From Eledone cirrhosa (Eukaryota): a stretch of DNA of 64,000 nt. Position numbers and translations under genes: made by a program. Positions within the stretch are counted from its first letter, which is position 1; each line of letters begins with the position of its first letter. The stretch covers positions 26,970,001 to 27,034,000 of the forward strand of contig OZ024746.1 of NCBI GenBank assembly GCA_964016885.1. Reading direction: 5' to 3'. The notes under the pieces were generated by a model. The model searched no databases. It had not been told where the DNA came from and worked only from the letters and a program-made list of their open reading frames with translations. Shown one piece after another: positions 60,886 to 64,000 of this stretch.

Positions 60886-61151
60886 TTGTTATAGTAATGA
60901 CAATAAAATAATGACAACAAAGATAACAACAATGACAACAATAATTTTATTATTAATAATAATAATAATAATAAAATTAATGATTATTATTATCTTTATT
61001 ATTGTTGTTGTTGTTGTTGTTTTTGTTATTATCATTTGTAGCTTTCTTTAATATTTTTGTTTAATGATTTTCCCTTGTGTTAAGCTTGATATTTCGAGCA
61101 ATTAATTTACTATTCAATGATATAATATAGTTGAAAGATATAACAATATAT

Positions 61152-61394
<243 letters not shown>

Positions 61395-61395
61395 A

Positions 61396-61556
<161 letters not shown>

Positions 61557-61780
61557 TAGAGAGAAAGTGGTTATAGGTAATGTTAAATCAACAAAAGTAA
61601 TTATATCTACGGTTAACATCAGCTGACTATGTCAATGATTATCCTTAATGCTTTCATTGCTATAACGAAACACCGATGTAAGACACTGTTTATAGTTTTC
61701 AAATAATTTTGAAAGTAATCGAAAATTTGTAAGAATTTAGTATTATAACTAGATTTTTCATTATTAAGCTGAGGTTTCCA

Positions 61781-61910
61781 AGGTTAACTTTGCCTTTCAT
61801 CCTTACGGGGGTCGATAAAATAAAGTACCAGTCACGCACTGGAGTCGATTTAATCGACTTACCCCTCCCCCAAAATTGCTGGCCTTGTGTTGTGTATATA
61901 CTAGAAACCA
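61781..61910 (+). mobile_element. 5'-truncated SINE (Nin/Deu-like body)
   Basis: GGTTAACTTTGCCTTTCATCCTTACGGGGGTCGATAAAATAAAGTACCAG. Confidence 0.8.
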
Positions 61911-62644
61911 TTATTAAGCTAATGTTTGAAACAGGACTTAACAGAGACTCTTACATAAAATTATAATGTAAGCTTTTGAGATAAACAATCATTTTAACCA
62001 TATTTATAATGAAAGATACTGCCTAGAATTTTAAAGAATTTTAAAAATAATTAAGAATTTGAAGGGATTTTCTCATTATGAAGTTGATATTTGGAACATG
62101 ATTTAACAGAGGCTAATATATAAAATTATGATGAAAGCTTTTTAGATTACTGGAATGTTTTCAACGCGCTGATGCGTGACACATTCACACAAACACACAC
62201 ATACACAGCGTAGCAAATGAAACGCCAGCCGCTGTTTTGCTATAGTTTTTTCATCATCCCCTTCCTTCCTTTTACACATACATATATTCACACAAACACA
62301 CACATACATTGTGTGACGGACGGAAGTCGCTCAAATTTATATAGAGATAATAAACATTTCAAATAAAACAATTTGGTGTTGTAGAACCAGGGATAGATTC
62401 AAGTGATTTGTTATCGAAATGGTTAAAAAAAGGAACTAAACTACTTGATAACCTAATTTGAATAAAAAAACAAAACAATTGAAAGCACATACACACACTT
62501 ATATGCACGCGCACACATATATATAGGCACGCACACACACACACACTCACGCTCACACACAAACAAAGGAGGCAACCAAGCTATCTTTACAATTGACTCG
62601 TGATCTGTCCTACCATACACATAACAACAGTTGTTTGAAACAAT

Positions 62645-63039
62645 AATTGTTTCTACTTTTGGCACAAGGCCAGCAATTACCCAGTGCATTACTGGTACTT
62701 TATTTTATCGACCCCGTAAGGATGAAAGGCAAAGTTAACCTCGGCGTGATTTGAACTCAGAATGGCAAGGGCCGTAACTCTATGCGGCAAAGCATGGCGT
62801 CCGACCCTCTACCGATATTGCCAATCCACCGCGATGTTGTTTGAAACAATAATTGTTTCTACTTTAGGCACAAGGCCAGCAATTATTCCAGTGCATTACT
62901 GGTACTTTATTTTATCGACCCCGTAAGGATGAAAGGCAAAGTCAACCTCGGCGGGATTTGAACTCAGATCGTAAAGGGACGTAACTAAGCTGGAAAGCAT
63001 GGCGTCCGACCCTCTACCGATACTGCCAATCCATCGCCC
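62645..63039 (-). mobile_element. Two head-to-tail SINE copies
   Basis: 62645-62832 and 62851-63039. GTTGTTTGAAACAATAATTG is duplicated around the first copy. Confidence 0.9.
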
Positions 63040-63510
63040 TTGAATGCTATTTTAGACTATTCTCATTTTCACTGATTTAGTTGCAAATAAGATTACTGAA
63101 CATAGAAAAGGAAAGTTGACTTTGTGTGAAGTTCCAAACACAGAATAGATGTTTATTTTCACAGTTGTTGTTTAATTGTTTTAATTTTCCAAATTACAGA
63201 CGACGTGGGAGAGAAGGTAAACTTCAGGTATGTTTATTTCCTCACCTGCTTCTCACATCCTGTTCTTGTTATTTCACTTCATTTTCATCACAGAAACTTG
63301 TACAATGACACTTCCTTTCATCATCAACTGGGGTGGGGGGGGGGGGGGTGGGTGGTGGTGGTGGTGGTGGTGGTGTCACAGAAAACCACTTCAGTATATG
63401 TATAACGCGGCTACCATATATTCATTGCATATTCTCCTCCATTTCTTTAATCTTGCACACATACGTTAGTGCTTACTTCTCTACCACTAGTCACTGCCAC
63501 CATTACCTTA

Positions 63511-63568
<58 letters not shown>

Positions 63569-63794
63569 GTGTGAGCGTATATGTAGTATACACACATATA
63601 CTCACGCATATGTTCACATAGAGATTCACACAGGCATTGCTGTGCGTAAATGTAAACATATAGGCATACTAAATACATACATACACACGTACACACACAT
63701 GAACATATAAACGCCTACGTGCACGTATAAATGATGTTAGTGTATATGTTTGCATATATTGCACACACTCACACACATGCGCATACAGACACAA

Positions 63795-63830
<36 letters not shown>

Positions 63831-63831
63831 G

Positions 63832-63913
<82 letters not shown>

Positions 63914-64000
63914 ATATATATTTGTCATTGCGTGTATGAATCTATGAAAGTAAATATATATATATATACACATCTATATATCTCTCTCTATATCTATATC

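Overview
AT-rich, intron-containing eukaryotic (animal) genomic DNA. It is saturated with (TA)n/(CA)n/(TC)n microsatellites, minisatellites, tRNA-headed SINEs and LINE/DNA-transposon remnants; the repeat landscape suggests an octopus/cephalopod, but that is inference. Almost all ORFs in the supplied track are simple-repeat artefacts or transposon debris. One real host gene can be assembled by hand on the + strand from 8-9 phase-compatible GT-AG exons (5859-20512, 5' part not found in the window). It encodes a very divergent NIK/COT (MAP3K14/MAP3K8)-like kinase that keeps the catalytic K/E/D/N/DFG residues but has no activation loop or APE motif. The most striking non-coding signal is two arrays of a highly self-complementary 310-bp unit, each unit carrying a minimal type I hammerhead ribozyme (34918-36636, with an internal inversion, and 46271-47821). 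These are candidate non-LTR retrozymes (circular-RNA retroelements). Several more hammerheads sit in Penelope-like termini, including one split by a Buster hAT insertion. Also present: a rearranged CsRn1-like Gypsy element, a young CR1-like LINE RT ORF, mariner/Tc1 remnants and a duplicated palindromic element with convergent Pol III boxes. All calls are by eye; no searches or folding programs were run.
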